Source: an uncultured delta proteobacterium | GTDB taxonomy: Bacteria > Desulfobacterota > Desulfobacteria > Desulfobacterales > B30-G6 | DNA: 64,000 bases | Direction of reading: 5' to 3' | Assembly (NCBI GenBank): GCA_963823335.1 | Contig: CAWGLD010000001.1 | Coordinates: forward strand, 160,001-224,000 | Shown here: positions 29,841-40,052 of the stretch, in pieces | How positions within the stretch are numbered: position 1 is the stretch's first letter | Layout: every line of letters starts with the position of its first letter | Notes under the pieces: generated by a model | Told to the model about the DNA's origin: nothing | The model's database searches: none | Seen by the model: only the letters and a program-made list of their open reading frames with translations | Program-made: the position numbers and the translations under genes

Positions 29841-30158
29841 ATGTTTGAAGTTACTGAGGCAGCTACTGAGCAAATTACAGAATATTTCAAAGGCAAGGAA
29901 GCATCCCCTATTCGGATATTTCTGAATGAAGGCGGATGAGGCGGTCCGGGACTTGCAATGGCTCTGGATGAGCCAAAAGACACGGACGAGGTTTACGAAG
30001 TGGACGGCTATAAATACCTGGTCAATAAAGAGTTCATGCAAAAAGCGGCACCCATCAAAGTTGATTTTGCCATGTACGGTTTCAAGCTTGACTCTGCTAT
30101 GGATTTCGGTTCAGGATGCGGCAGTTGCAGCACAGAAGGCAGCTGTTGCTCGACATAA
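29841..30158 (+). CDS. HesB/IscA-like selenoprotein (TGA at 29937-29939)
   Basis: AGGAGG RBS; MFEVTEAATEQITEYFKGKEASPIRIFLNEGG-TGA-GGPGLAMALDEPKDTD..., in frame with ORF 29958..30158. Confidence 0.88.
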
Positions 30159-30172
30159 GGTTTTTTTAAAAG

Positions 30173-30209
30173 AAAAAGGGCAGCACACAGGGTGTTGCCC
30201 TTTTTTTTT
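30173..30209 (+). terminator. Intrinsic terminator, possibly bidirectional
   Basis: AAAAAGGGCAGCAC-ACAGG-GTGTTGCCC followed by T9. Confidence 0.85.
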
Positions 30210-30234
30210 AGCCATAGGGTTTTAAGGAGGCTTC

Positions 30235-30954
30235 ATGTCCGCCATAGAATACGATGTCCACGAAAACATTGCCGTCATTACCATGAAAGCCGGAGAGAAT
30301 CGCTTCAACCCATCTTTTCTTGAAGAATTTCTAAAGGTGCTGGATCGGGTCGAAAAAAAGACCAAGGCCAAAACAGTGGTGGTCACATCAGCCCATGAAA
30401 AAATTTTTTCCAACGGCATCGACCTCGAATGGCTCGTTCCGGTGTTGCAGGAAAACGATGTCGAAACTGCCAAGGCTTTTTTCTACCAGCTGAATTCGCT
30501 TTTCAAACGTCTCGTCACCTATCCCATGCTCACCATTGCATCCATCAACGGGCATGCCTTTGCCGGTGGTGCCATTCTCTGCTGTGCCTTCGACTTTCGA
30601 TTCATGCGCTCAGACAGGGGCTTTTTCTGTTTCCCGGAAGTTGATCTCGGAATCCCCTTTCTCCCGGGCATGAACGCGCTCCTGAAAAAGGCCATCCCCA
30701 TGTATAAGCTCGAAGAAATGGAGTATACCGGAAGCCGTCTCACGGCTTACGACTGCCAGGAGCACCACATCGTCACCAAGGCTTGTCGTCTCAATGCGCT
30801 CATGGACGATGTCATGGAATTTGCGAAAACCCTGAACAAAAACAGGCCCATCGTGAAGGAAATGAAAGGTCGGTTGAACAAAGAGATTGTCCGTATCCTC
30901 GAGGAAGAGGATGTTCCCTATATCGAGTCGGGGCAGTTTAACATCAAGGCTTAA
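30235..30954 (+). CDS. Enoyl-CoA hydratase/isomerase family protein
   Basis: FSNGIDL, INGHAFAGG and PEVDLGIP. Confidence 0.9.
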   Translation: MSAIEYDVHENIAVITMKAGENRFNPSFLEEFLKVLDRVEKKTKAKTVVVTSAHEKIFSNGIDLEWLVPVLQENDVETAKAFFYQLNSLFKRLVTYPMLTIASINGHAFAGGAILCCAFDFRFMRSDRGFFCFPEVDLGIPFLPGMNALLKKAIPMYKLEEMEYTGSRLTAYDCQEHHIVTKACRLNALMDDVMEFAKTLNKNRPIVKEMKGRLNKEIVRILEEEDVPYIESGQFNIKA

Positions 30955-31050
30955 CCGATAGCTTATTAGGCATATAGGCTGTAGGCTGTTAGGGGTTGGT
31001 GAGTATGAGAGTTAAAAACTGCAAACGGTCAGCGGCTAATAGCCTACAGC

Positions 31051-32505
31051 CTATTGGTCTATAGGGGTCCTTTTACGGATCACATAAGATATATTCAGTC
31101 GATCTTTTGAATTCCCGCCGACCTTCAAAGATGCCGGTGTCAGAGTGACCTTGACCGTCATGGTTCCCGATGCCTTCAAATTGTCAAGAGCGACCTTTTC
31201 GGTATACATGGTGGCTATCTGATCTAGAATATTGCTGCCCCCCACCACCGTGATCCGATCCGGTTCCAATGAGACCTCCTCGAGAATCAGGTCTTCTGCC
31301 AGCTTCCCAGACCAGTCCACCTGAAGCGGCAGCTCCTTGACAATCGGAATATCCAGGGTCACATCCACCACCGGCGTATCCACCTTTCGCAAGACAATGC
31401 CGGGAGGAAGCGTGACATTCTCGGCCGTAATCGTGTAAGCGTTGAGGCCGACGACAGCTTTTGCCAGGTCGACCCGAACCTTTACCTGATCCGGTCGAAT
31501 GGATTTGAGCAGGGTGCCTCCCCCGCTCAGATCCAGACTGACACTGTTGAGAGAAGAGGCAATCAGCTCCATTCTTGGGTCCCGATTCATATATTCTATG
31601 GGAACCTCCAGTGTTGCCAGGGTTTCGAGACCTCTGGAAAAACTGAACCACGTCCCAGCCACAAACAGAAAAATTGCCATGGCCGCAAGAACGAGATTCA
31701 GCTTGTCCCTTTCTCTCAGTCCTGTGTAATCACTCGATATCCCTGTATTGGCACGCAATATCTTTTCGAGTTCGATATTGTTGCTGATCTCTTTTACCTG
31801 GTCGCCCTTCACGCTGACAACCTTGCCGCTCTCTTCCGAAACCAGTATAATGAGCGCATCGGTATTTTCGGCAAGACCCAGAGCGGCCCTGTGGCGGGTG
31901 CCATATGAAGACGGCAGATCACTCCTCCGGGAAAGTGGAAGGATCGCCCCCACCTCGACAATTTGATCCCCCTGAATGATGGCAGCCCCGTCATGAACCG
32001 GATTGTCAGGCCAGAAAACGCTCAGGACCATCTCCTTGGACAGGACACCTTTCCATGGAATACCGCTCTGGACGAGCTCCTCGAGAACGTCTTTTCCCGG
32101 AAAAACCAGCAGAGCCCCGATCTGTCGTTTGGCCATTTCATAAACACTGCCCGTAATGATCTGCACCGGCGTCCGTATCATTTTGTGCGAAACGCCCCAT
32201 AAAATTGCACCTATATTCTTGGCCTGGAGAACATTTCGGATTTCGTTTCTGAAAACTATGATGATAATGATGGCTGCAAATGCAATAATGCCCTGCATGG
32301 CCCAGGTCGTGACGATAAGTCCCATGTAAGCGGCCATGCGCTGAAAGATCCACAGGAAACCGATACCCAAAATCACGCGGAAAACATACGTTCCACGGAA
32401 CAGGACGTAAAGACGAAAAAGAAAGTAACTCACTACCAAAATATCGAGGATATCCTGCCAGCGGATATTTGTAAAAAAGGATGCCAGCATGCTCATGACC
32501 ATCAA
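31051..32505 (-). CDS. Diadenylate cyclase CdaA fused to YbbR/CdaR domains
   Basis: Three N-terminal TM helices, HDGA and GTRHRAA motifs, VSEESG, then a TM helix and YbbR-like repeats. Confidence 0.88.
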   Translation of the reverse strand: MMVMSMLASFFTNIRWQDILDILVVSYFLFRLYVLFRGTYVFRVILGIGFLWIFQRMAAYMGLIVTTWAMQGIIAFAAIIIIIVFRNEIRNVLQAKNIGAILWGVSHKMIRTPVQIITGSVYEMAKRQIGALLVFPGKDVLEELVQSGIPWKGVLSKEMVLSVFWPDNPVHDGAAIIQGDQIVEVGAILPLSRRSDLPSSYGTRHRAALGLAENTDALIILVSEESGKVVSVKGDQVKEISNNIELEKILRANTGISSDYTGLRERDKLNLVLAAMAIFLFVAGTWFSFSRGLETLATLEVPIEYMNRDPRMELIASSLNSVSLDLSGGGTLLKSIRPDQVKVRVDLAKAVVGLNAYTITAENVTLPPGIVLRKVDTPVVDVTLDIPIVKELPLQVDWSGKLAEDLILEEVSLEPDRITVVGGSNILDQIATMYTEKVALDNLKASGTMTVKVTLTPASLKVGGNSKDRLNISYVIRKRTPIDQ

Positions 32506-32939
32506 TCCGTAACGCTGAATCTAAGGGTTTTCAATGTTTTCTTTGCCTGGTCCTTTATTTCCAGGCGCCAGAGCCCCTTGTCCGCCTCTCTGAGTTGAAT
32601 GCTGCTGAACGTCGACCATTTGGGTGGTTGCAGTGTAAGCCGTTTGGTCGTCACCAGGTTGTCGCTGCGGTACCAGTTGTGATAAATCACCATCTTTTGG
32701 GGAACATGGTCAAAGGATGTAAAACAGTAAATTTTCCCAATTTCCATGGAAAAGACAACGGCCGCGTTAACCGGCTCAAAGTCTTTAATACTATCGCACA
32801 TCACCGCCTGTTCCATGGACAACCCACGCGAGTCCTTGGCGGCAACATCGCTACCACTCTCCTCAGCCATCAGTCCACCGGAAGTCAAAGATCCGGCCCA
32901 CAAAAGCATGATCACCAGTAAGTATCGTTTACGTATCAA
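32502..32939 (-). CDS. Exported DUF2914-like protein
   Basis: Signal peptide; IYCFT, IYHNWY, WSTFS and GLWRLEI pattern. Confidence 0.65.
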   Translation of the reverse strand: MIRKRYLLVIMLLWAGSLTSGGLMAEESGSDVAAKDSRGLSMEQAVMCDSIKDFEPVNAAVVFSMEIGKIYCFTSFDHVPQKMVIYHNWYRSDNLVTTKRLTLQPPKWSTFSSIQLREADKGLWRLEIKDQAKKTLKTLRFSVTD

Positions 32940-33402
32940 TGTGTTCCTCTATATATGAATGAATACCGTCAATACAATCGCGTATCAGTTTTGCGGTCTC
33001 CGTGTAGATATCCAGACCGCCGCCCACGGGATCCTGCATGTCATACGGTTTCCGGGAGTTATCGAATCGACTCAGTAGATGTGTCTTTCCAGCCCCGAAC
33101 AATTGCATCCTGCGAATGGTTTTTAAATGGTATTGCTCCATGGCCAGAATCAGGTCGGCCTCAGCGACCATGGATCTGTTCAGCCTTCTAGCACGATGGT
33201 CGGAAATGTCAATGCCATAGTACTTCATTACCTGTGTGGCAAAAACTGTGGGCTGGTTCCCATGAAGTGCGTCTGTTCCTGCGGATGAAACCGTGACGAA
33301 TTCCTTGAGTTGTTCCGGCATGAAATAGCGGAGCATCCCCATGGCCATCGGGCTTCGGCAGATATTTCCTGTACAGACAATCAGAATGTGAAATCTTTCC
33401 AA
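32929..33402 (-). CDS. Low-molecular-weight protein tyrosine/arginine phosphatase
   Basis: VCTGNICRSPMA, SAGT and DPVGG. Confidence 0.93.
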   Translation of the reverse strand: MERFHILIVCTGNICRSPMAMGMLRYFMPEQLKEFVTVSSAGTDALHGNQPTVFATQVMKYYGIDISDHRARRLNRSMVAEADLILAMEQYHLKTIRRMQLFGAGKTHLLSRFDNSRKPYDMQDPVGGGLDIYTETAKLIRDCIDGIHSYIEEHIDT

Positions 33403-33624
33403 AGTAATTGCCTCGGCCCTTGATCAAATGTGATAAATGATCGTTCTGATACGGATCTTCATCCAATTTTTGAGATAACTTCTAATAATAGATTTTCTTT
33501 TCGTGGCCGTCAAGGATGCTTATTGACTTATTTTCAATAATATTTCATAATATTTTCTCAACAAAGTCAGCTAACATACCCGTCGAAACTCCCAGCATGC
33601 CCGTAGCCATTGAAGGAGTTCTTT

Positions 33625-34026
33625 ATGGTAGACAGTCAAAATTTTACCGAAAAAAATGACGTTACGCTTCAGCTGTTCAAACGGATTCTGGAAATAACAG
33701 ATGGCGAAAGGCTGGATCTTCTCGAACAATTGAGAAAGGCTCCCGTGCAAGAGCTGAGCCTGGGAGATAGGGACAGCATCCGGCGCATATACGACCAGAC
33801 CATTACCTTTTTCACACAAAATCGTCAGTATAGGGCGCTTTGCAAAAATATCAGCAATGACGGTATCTTCATACAAACCTCGGAAATATTTCGGTTAGGA
33901 CAGTTGGTAACCCTCGACATCCCGTTCAGTGATGGAAAGGAGTCCATAACTGTTCCGGCTGAAATTGTACACGTAAACCCCGACGGGATCGGGTTGCAGT
34001 TCATAAAAAAAGAAACCGAACTATAG
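33625..34026 (+). CDS. PilZ-domain protein
   Basis: RDSIR (RxxxR), NISNDGIFI and GIGLQF. Confidence 0.8.
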   Translation: MVDSQNFTEKNDVTLQLFKRILEITDGERLDLLEQLRKAPVQELSLGDRDSIRRIYDQTITFFTQNRQYRALCKNISNDGIFIQTSEIFRLGQLVTLDIPFSDGKESITVPAEIVHVNPDGIGLQFIKKETEL

Positions 34027-34034
34027 GGCATCTC

Positions 34035-35246
34035 ATGACCACCCGGCCTGGGCCCGATATCACCCCCATTCCCACCACCGAAATACGTCGTCGACTCTCA
34101 CACCTCCAGAAATCATTTCAGCAGAAAGGGATCGATGGCAGCCTGATTGTTCAACGGGTCGACCTTTTATATTTTTCAGGGACAGCGCAGGATGGTGCCT
34201 TGTATGTTCCCTCCCATGGCGAGCCGGTTCTGTTCATCAAACGCTATTTTCCGAGAGCACGCAAAGAATCTCCCCTGCATCAAATTGTCCCTGTCGACGC
34301 ATTCCGGGATCTTCCCGGTTGTCTGCTCAACCATTATGGTTCCCCCCCCAAAACCCTGGGTCTCGAATTTGATGTCATGCCGGTTGCAGAATTTCGATTT
34401 TTTCAGAAAAACTTCCCTGGCACGAAATTTGTGGATGCCTCCACATCGATACTGGGTGTACGTAAAATCAAGTCGTCCTGGGATATTCAGCAGATGGAAC
34501 GTACCGCTGAAATGTCCTCTCTGACCTTTGATTACATGCGCCGTGTACTGAGGCCCGGTCTCTCTGAAATGGCGTTTGCCGGCCTGTTTGAAAACTTCGC
34601 CAGAAGCCAAGGACACGCCGGTGGATTACGCGTACGCAACTACCGTACCGAAGGGTATTCCTGGCATGTATTGAGCGGTAGGAGCGGTGGCATGACCGGG
34701 GTACTGGATTCCCCTGCAAGCGGTGAAGGAAGCTCATATGCCTTTCCGTGTGGCGCAGGAAACAAAAACATCAATGCCGAAGAACCGGTTATGGTCGATT
34801 TTGCATCGGTTTTGAATGGTTTTCATATGGATGAAACCCGGATGTTCGCCATCGGACGGATGCCGGACAATGCCCTGCAGGCCGCCCAGGCCGCCGTCAC
34901 GATCCACCAGGAACTGCTGCACATCATCAAGCCCGGAATGTGTGCCCACGACCTTTTTTCGCAGGCCCTCCATATGGCCGAGTCCCTGGGCTACAAGGAA
35001 AGCTATCTCGGTATTCCCGGACACCAGGTTTCCTTCATCGGGCACGGTATCGGTTATGAACTCATCGAACCACCCATCATCGCCTACGCCAAAGAAGACC
35101 TCCTGCTGCCCGGCATGACCATTGCCCTGGAACCAAAATTTGTTTTTGAAGATGCCTTTTCAGCAGGCATTGAATCTGTTTTTCTGGTAACGGACACAGG
35201 CGCCCGCCTGATCTCACAGACACCGGCGGAGATATTTATAACTTAA
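34035..35246 (+). CDS. Xaa-Pro peptidase (M24) family protein
   Basis: VDF...DETR, GHGIG and ALEPK. Confidence 0.9.
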   Translation: MTTRPGPDITPIPTTEIRRRLSHLQKSFQQKGIDGSLIVQRVDLLYFSGTAQDGALYVPSHGEPVLFIKRYFPRARKESPLHQIVPVDAFRDLPGCLLNHYGSPPKTLGLEFDVMPVAEFRFFQKNFPGTKFVDASTSILGVRKIKSSWDIQQMERTAEMSSLTFDYMRRVLRPGLSEMAFAGLFENFARSQGHAGGLRVRNYRTEGYSWHVLSGRSGGMTGVLDSPASGEGSSYAFPCGAGNKNINAEEPVMVDFASVLNGFHMDETRMFAIGRMPDNALQAAQAAVTIHQELLHIIKPGMCAHDLFSQALHMAESLGYKESYLGIPGHQVSFIGHGIGYELIEPPIIAYAKEDLLLPGMTIALEPKFVFEDAFSAGIESVFLVTDTGARLISQTPAEIFIT

Positions 35247-35461
35247 CGAAAGGGTTCGAGGGTGAGACAAGGGGTGGAGGGTCGGAAGGGTGGAGAATCG
35301 AAGGGTTGGAGGGTTGGAGGGGAAAAAACAAGAGTCTGAGGGTTGAAGATTTAGCAGATAGCTGTCAGCACTCCTCCGACCCTTGTATCACCCCCCGACC
35401 CTTATATCACCCTCCAACCCTTCGATTCTCCAACCCTCCAACCCTTCAAACCTCAGACCCT

Positions 35462-36256
35462 CTATTTCGGTGTCGGCTGCACCCACCTGTTTTTATTCCC
35501 GTCATAAAACCATTTATCCGGGAAACCACTGCGCTTCAGAAAACTCGGTTCTTCGGCCCATGCCATCAAGGCTTCATATGCCTGGTGAATCTTGCGGAAG
35601 GCGTCCTCGTCGCCACCCATGTCGGGATGAACGATTCTGGCCTGACGCCGGTAAGCTGATTTGATAACCTGTTTGAGTTTCTTTGAATGGAGTGCTTCCC
35701 TATCGAGCTTCAGATACACCAGAGACTTACCGCTCCCTTTGACAGCAGGAATTTTCACGATCTCCGGCTGGATCGATTCCCGCGAGAACGCCTGCGGGGT
35801 CGCCTGATTCAGCACATGCCGGGAGGCAAGATACTCCCGATTGGTCCGCTTCATCTCCCCCCACCAGGCATTCCCCAAAACATTGCACAGCTCTGAAAAA
35901 TCCTCCACCGGCTTCCTGTCCAGGGACCTGCTATAAAGAAAACTGTATATTTTTCCTGAACCAAGTGGGAGAACATCCATGATCAACAAGGCCTCCGTAA
36001 AATAAAACGTTGCATAGCGCGCATTGAGGGCTTTCAAGAGACCGGTGCGGATGTTCAGCTGATGCCGCAGTTTTTTTCTGCACGCCACGGAGCAGTATTT
36101 TCGAGTACCTGTGTTTTCCGTGGTACCACACGACAGACATCTGTTCAAATCAGCAGCAGGAAGCTTGTTGCGCCGAGTTTGTAAGGGGTTGCCCATATGT
36201 TCTATATTCCATTTCGACACGTCACTGCTCGTTGGACATGGCGGAATTTCGACCAT
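35462..36256 (-). CDS. J-domain protein with N-terminal zinc finger
   Basis: CLSCG...YCSVAC; IKSAYRRQARIVHPDMGG. Confidence 0.8.
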   Translation of the reverse strand: MVEIPPCPTSSDVSKWNIEHMGNPLQTRRNKLPAADLNRCLSCGTTENTGTRKYCSVACRKKLRHQLNIRTGLLKALNARYATFYFTEALLIMDVLPLGSGKIYSFLYSRSLDRKPVEDFSELCNVLGNAWWGEMKRTNREYLASRHVLNQATPQAFSRESIQPEIVKIPAVKGSGKSLVYLKLDREALHSKKLKQVIKSAYRRQARIVHPDMGGDEDAFRKIHQAYEALMAWAEEPSFLKRSGFPDKWFYDGNKNRWVQPTPK

Positions 36257-36368
36257 GCCCGCTGGTGAGACGTTTCATTTTAAAAAAATAAATTGAAAAA
36301 TGATACCATTTTATTTATATTCCTAATTAATTGCTTGAATCGATCCAAGAATCCGGGAGAATACGCAT

Positions 36369-36854
36369 ATGAAAATTATCGAAACAAATGCATTTCATAC
36401 CTTCTATGCAAATGCAGACGATACGGTGAAAATCATATGTCCGAAATGCAGCCTTTCAAAAATATTCGAAACCAGTGACTACAAAACATCCAACCGGGGT
36501 ATCAAAGCAAAATGTACCTGCGGCAATGTATTTCGTTGCATCATCGAATTCAGGAAATTTTATCGTAAAACCGTGGATCTTGCCGGTGACTATCGCAATG
36601 AAGAATCAGGTGATGCCGGCAGGATGGCTGTCGAAAGCATTTCCCTCAGCGGTATTGATTTTGTCAATTTAACCTCCGGGAATCTTATCATGAAGAACGA
36701 CATCCTGGAGGTTTCCTTTTATCTGGACGACAACAATCAAACATTTATCCAACGTAAGGCAAAAGTTACCGCCTCGGAAAACAATTCCATCAATGCGGTA
36801 TTTATCAAATTTCAACCCTATGACAAGGACCTGGGTTTCTACCTGTTGCCCTGA
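36369..36854 (+). CDS. Zinc-ribbon plus PilZ-like domain protein
   Basis: CPKC...CTCG, FRKFYRK and ISLSG. Confidence 0.7.
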   Translation: MKIIETNAFHTFYANADDTVKIICPKCSLSKIFETSDYKTSNRGIKAKCTCGNVFRCIIEFRKFYRKTVDLAGDYRNEESGDAGRMAVESISLSGIDFVNLTSGNLIMKNDILEVSFYLDDNNQTFIQRKAKVTASENNSINAVFIKFQPYDKDLGFYLLP

Positions 36855-36959
36855 CCCGGGGCTTCCATCAACATCGATGGTCTCCCCTTGACAAAATCCC
36901 ATGGCTCCATGTAACCCGGACAAACCATTCTTTTATAACAGTCAGGAGACATTGGCAGT

Positions 36960-37268
36960 ATGGCACAAGTCCTCAAGAAATACTTTCTGTATGCAATCAT
37001 CGCCGGCTTTTTCTACGCACTGTTAGGGTACCATTTTATTTATACAGGCGGCGAAAATGTCAACATCATGGACTCGGTCAGAGTCCTTAAAAAAGAAAAG
37101 CTCAACCTCCGCTACACCTTCTTCAGCGTTCAGAAAAAGAAACCGGACACCATCATGAAAATCGATGTTCTCCGGGACGCCGGGATCGGTGATATCCTTG
37201 TGGAGTACGACATTATCACGGAAGAAGCAAAAATCGCTCTTGAAAATAAATACCTCTACGAAGAATAG
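36960..37268 (+). CDS. Small membrane-anchored hypothetical protein
   Basis: AGGAG RBS, N-terminal TM helix, 102 aa; immediately upstream of the pilT-like gene. Confidence 0.7.
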   Translation: MAQVLKKYFLYAIIAGFFYALLGYHFIYTGGENVNIMDSVRVLKKEKLNLRYTFFSVQKKKPDTIMKIDVLRDAGIGDILVEYDIITEEAKIALENKYLYEE

Positions 37269-37284
37269 AAACGAGGCATCCATC

Positions 37285-38877
37285 ATGATGAAAGATAGCG
37301 ATCGGAAAGCGGCGGCGCCTAAAGGAAGACAGCGCATAGGGGACTCATTCGTCGACAGCAAGCTCATCACCAAAGAACAACTACGGCAGGCGCTTACAAA
37401 ACAAAACCAGGCAGGTGGACAACTGGGTTCCATTCTCCTCGAACTGGGGTATATCGTTATCGAAGACCTGTTGGCTTTTTTGAGTCGACAGAGCGGTATT
37501 CAGACCGTCAATCTCTTTACTATCGATATCGAGAAATCCGTTCTCGATCTGATACCACGGGAAAAGATCTTCAACGCCAAAATACTGCCGGTATCTGCAG
37601 ACCAGACCACCCTCACCCTGGCCATGGTCAACCCCAACGACTTTGAAATCATCAGCGAACTCGGATTTTCTCTGGGCAAGAAAATAAAACCGGTGATGAT
37701 TCCCTCTTTTATGATGGAAGCGGCCAGAAAAATCCTCTTGACAGGTGCCTCGCGTGGTCTGCAGGGGGAATTGATCCAGAGGATGGTTGAAGATTCCTGG
37801 GAAAAAACGAGCAAGGCGCCGCCCTTTATATCACTGTTGCAATACCTGTCAAAATCCGATGCCAGCGACATGCTCCTGACACCGGGCGCACCCCCCTGCA
37901 TCAAAATCAGCAACGAAGTGAAACGGCTGAATATGGCGCCGCTCACACCGGAGGATTGCGAAGAATATGCCAGGGAGTTTTTGTCCGCTGAAGACTGGGA
38001 GCTCTTTGTGGCCAGCAATGACATAGGTTTTGCCGTCACATATCCGAGTATCGGCCGTTTCAGAGCGAATATTTTCAGGCAGAGGGGGTCCATTGCCATT
38101 GCCATTCGAAACCTACCGGAAACGATCCCTTCATTTTCACAACTCAATCTTCCTGCCTGGCTGAGGGATTTTTGCCTCAAGCCCCAGGGATTGATTCTGA
38201 TTGCCGGACCTGCCGGACACGGCAAGTCAACAACCCTCTGCGCTCTTGTGGACATCATCAATACCAACAGGCGATGCAACATCGTGACCCTTGAAGACCC
38301 GGTGGAATATCTTCACCAGCACAAGATGAGCAACATCAACCAGCGTCAGGTCGGCAGGGATACCCACTCCTTCAGCGAAGGTCTGCGAAATGTATTTCGC
38401 CAGGCACCGGACGTCATCGTCATCGGGGAAATGCGCGACAAGGAAAGCTATGAGATCGCAATAAAAGCTGCTTCCACCGGCCATCTGGTACTGAGCACGA
38501 TCCACGCCAACAGCTCCACTTCCGTCATCGAAACCGTGATTAATTCCTTTGAACCTCACGAACAGAATCTTGTGCGCCAGATGTTGGCCGACTGTCTTCT
38601 GCTCTGTCTGGCCCAGCGTCTGATTCCTCCCAGGAAAGGGGCTCGCCGGGTCCTGGCGCTGGAAAAGCTGATCAACAGTCACCGTATCAAGAAACGTATC
38701 CGGGAAGAAAAAACCCACCATGTCCGCTCACAAATGCAAGCCGGAACCGAAGATTTTGTGTCCCTGGATGTGTCCCTGGCGAATCTTTACAAGAAAAATG
38801 TCATCCGGCTCGAAGACGGCGCCTTATATGCCGAAGACGAGCTCTTCTTCCGGGAATTAACTTCTGGAAAACTATGA
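37285..38877 (+). CDS. PilT/PilU-family ATPase with N-terminal MshEN/T2SSE_N domain
   Basis: RIGDSFV..LIT.EQL.QAL..Q...QLGSILLELG; GPAGHGKST, EDPVE, GEMRD and TGHLVLSTIH. Confidence 0.88.
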   Translation: MMKDSDRKAAAPKGRQRIGDSFVDSKLITKEQLRQALTKQNQAGGQLGSILLELGYIVIEDLLAFLSRQSGIQTVNLFTIDIEKSVLDLIPREKIFNAKILPVSADQTTLTLAMVNPNDFEIISELGFSLGKKIKPVMIPSFMMEAARKILLTGASRGLQGELIQRMVEDSWEKTSKAPPFISLLQYLSKSDASDMLLTPGAPPCIKISNEVKRLNMAPLTPEDCEEYAREFLSAEDWELFVASNDIGFAVTYPSIGRFRANIFRQRGSIAIAIRNLPETIPSFSQLNLPAWLRDFCLKPQGLILIAGPAGHGKSTTLCALVDIINTNRRCNIVTLEDPVEYLHQHKMSNINQRQVGRDTHSFSEGLRNVFRQAPDVIVIGEMRDKESYEIAIKAASTGHLVLSTIHANSSTSVIETVINSFEPHEQNLVRQMLADCLLLCLAQRLIPPRKGARRVLALEKLINSHRIKKRIREEKTHHVRSQMQAGTEDFVSLDVSLANLYKKNVIRLEDGALYAEDELFFRELTSGKL

Positions 38878-39575
38878 ACGATTTGAATTTCACCCAATAC
38901 TTGCAAGCCACAGAAATTATCGACAGTCATCACCCGGACATCAAGGCCTATGCCCGGAAAATAACCGAACATACCCAGAACCACCCCCTTGAGCTTGCTG
39001 TCGCCGTCTATTATGCTGTCAGAGACGATATCCGCTATGACCCCTATTACCCGTTTTTCCTTCCCGAACATTACCGGGCAAGTCGGGTGCTGCAAAACAG
39101 GCGGGGTTACTGTGTCTGCAAGGCATCGCTCCTCTGTGCCCTGGGCCGACACCTCGGTATTCCCTCGCGGCTGGGCTTTGCCACCGTGCGCAACCACCTG
39201 GCGACTCGTGAACTGCTGGACTTCCTCGGCTCTGATCTGTTTGTCTTCCATGGCTACACCGAGTTCTTTCTGAATGACAAATGGGTCAAGGCAACCCCCG
39301 CCTTCAACAAAGAACTCTGCCATCGGCACCATGTAACCCCCCTCGAATTCACTGGTCACGAAGATTCTGTTTTCCAGGCTTATAACCTCGAGGATAAACG
39401 CTTCATGGAATATGTGGACGATCACGGTGTATATGCGGATATCCCCATAAAAACAATCTTGGCTGCCTGGGAAAAAACCTACGGCAGGGAGCGGGTTCAA
39501 GGCTGGATGCGTCTTTTTGAATCCAACGCACATTACAGGAGAAATTTTGACATGGAAACCGTCGTGAGCTATTAG
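38874..39575 (+). CDS. Transglutaminase-like protein
   Basis: GYCVCKASLLCALGR, HGYTE and W..ATPAFN. Confidence 0.85.
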   Translation: MNDLNFTQYLQATEIIDSHHPDIKAYARKITEHTQNHPLELAVAVYYAVRDDIRYDPYYPFFLPEHYRASRVLQNRRGYCVCKASLLCALGRHLGIPSRLGFATVRNHLATRELLDFLGSDLFVFHGYTEFFLNDKWVKATPAFNKELCHRHHVTPLEFTGHEDSVFQAYNLEDKRFMEYVDDHGVYADIPIKTILAAWEKTYGRERVQGWMRLFESNAHYRRNFDMETVVSY

Positions 39576-39602
39576 TATGGACCGGTGGTTTCGGGTCAGG
39601 TA

Positions 39603-40052
39603 TCACAAGAGAGGTTTGACAGGCTTGCACGGTTTGAGCTGGATGGTGGTCAGGCTCTGAATCGTAATTTCATCCAGCCGCTTGAACATGGCCTCGCTGG
39701 CCTCGATCCAGACCCAGCGGGAAAGACAGTCCCCTGCCCGGTTGCACACACCGCAGAGTCTGTCTTCCGTCTCCGCACAGTCGGTGATGACCGTTGTCTT
39801 TTCCAGGGTCCGGACAATATCCCCCACAGTAATATCAACTGGTAATTTTTTCAGCATGTGGCCGCCATAGGGCCCTCTCTGACTCTTGATCAGCCCGGCT
39901 TTTTTCAGTTTTCGAATCAGATGTTCAAGATATTTCAGAGAGATATTCTGACGTTTGGATACATCGCCCAGGGGAACCGGACCATTCTGGGCATTGATCG
40001 CCAGATCAAGAATGAGTCGGGTTCCATACCTACTCTTGGTTGTCAGTCTCAT
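39603..40052 (-). CDS. Rrf2-family transcriptional regulator
   Basis: MRLTTKSRYG, ISLKYLE, SQRGPYGG and a Cys cluster. Confidence 0.93.
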   Translation of the reverse strand: MRLTTKSRYGTRLILDLAINAQNGPVPLGDVSKRQNISLKYLEHLIRKLKKAGLIKSQRGPYGGHMLKKLPVDITVGDIVRTLEKTTVITDCAETEDRLCGVCNRAGDCLSRWVWIEASEAMFKRLDEITIQSLTTIQLKPCKPVKPLL

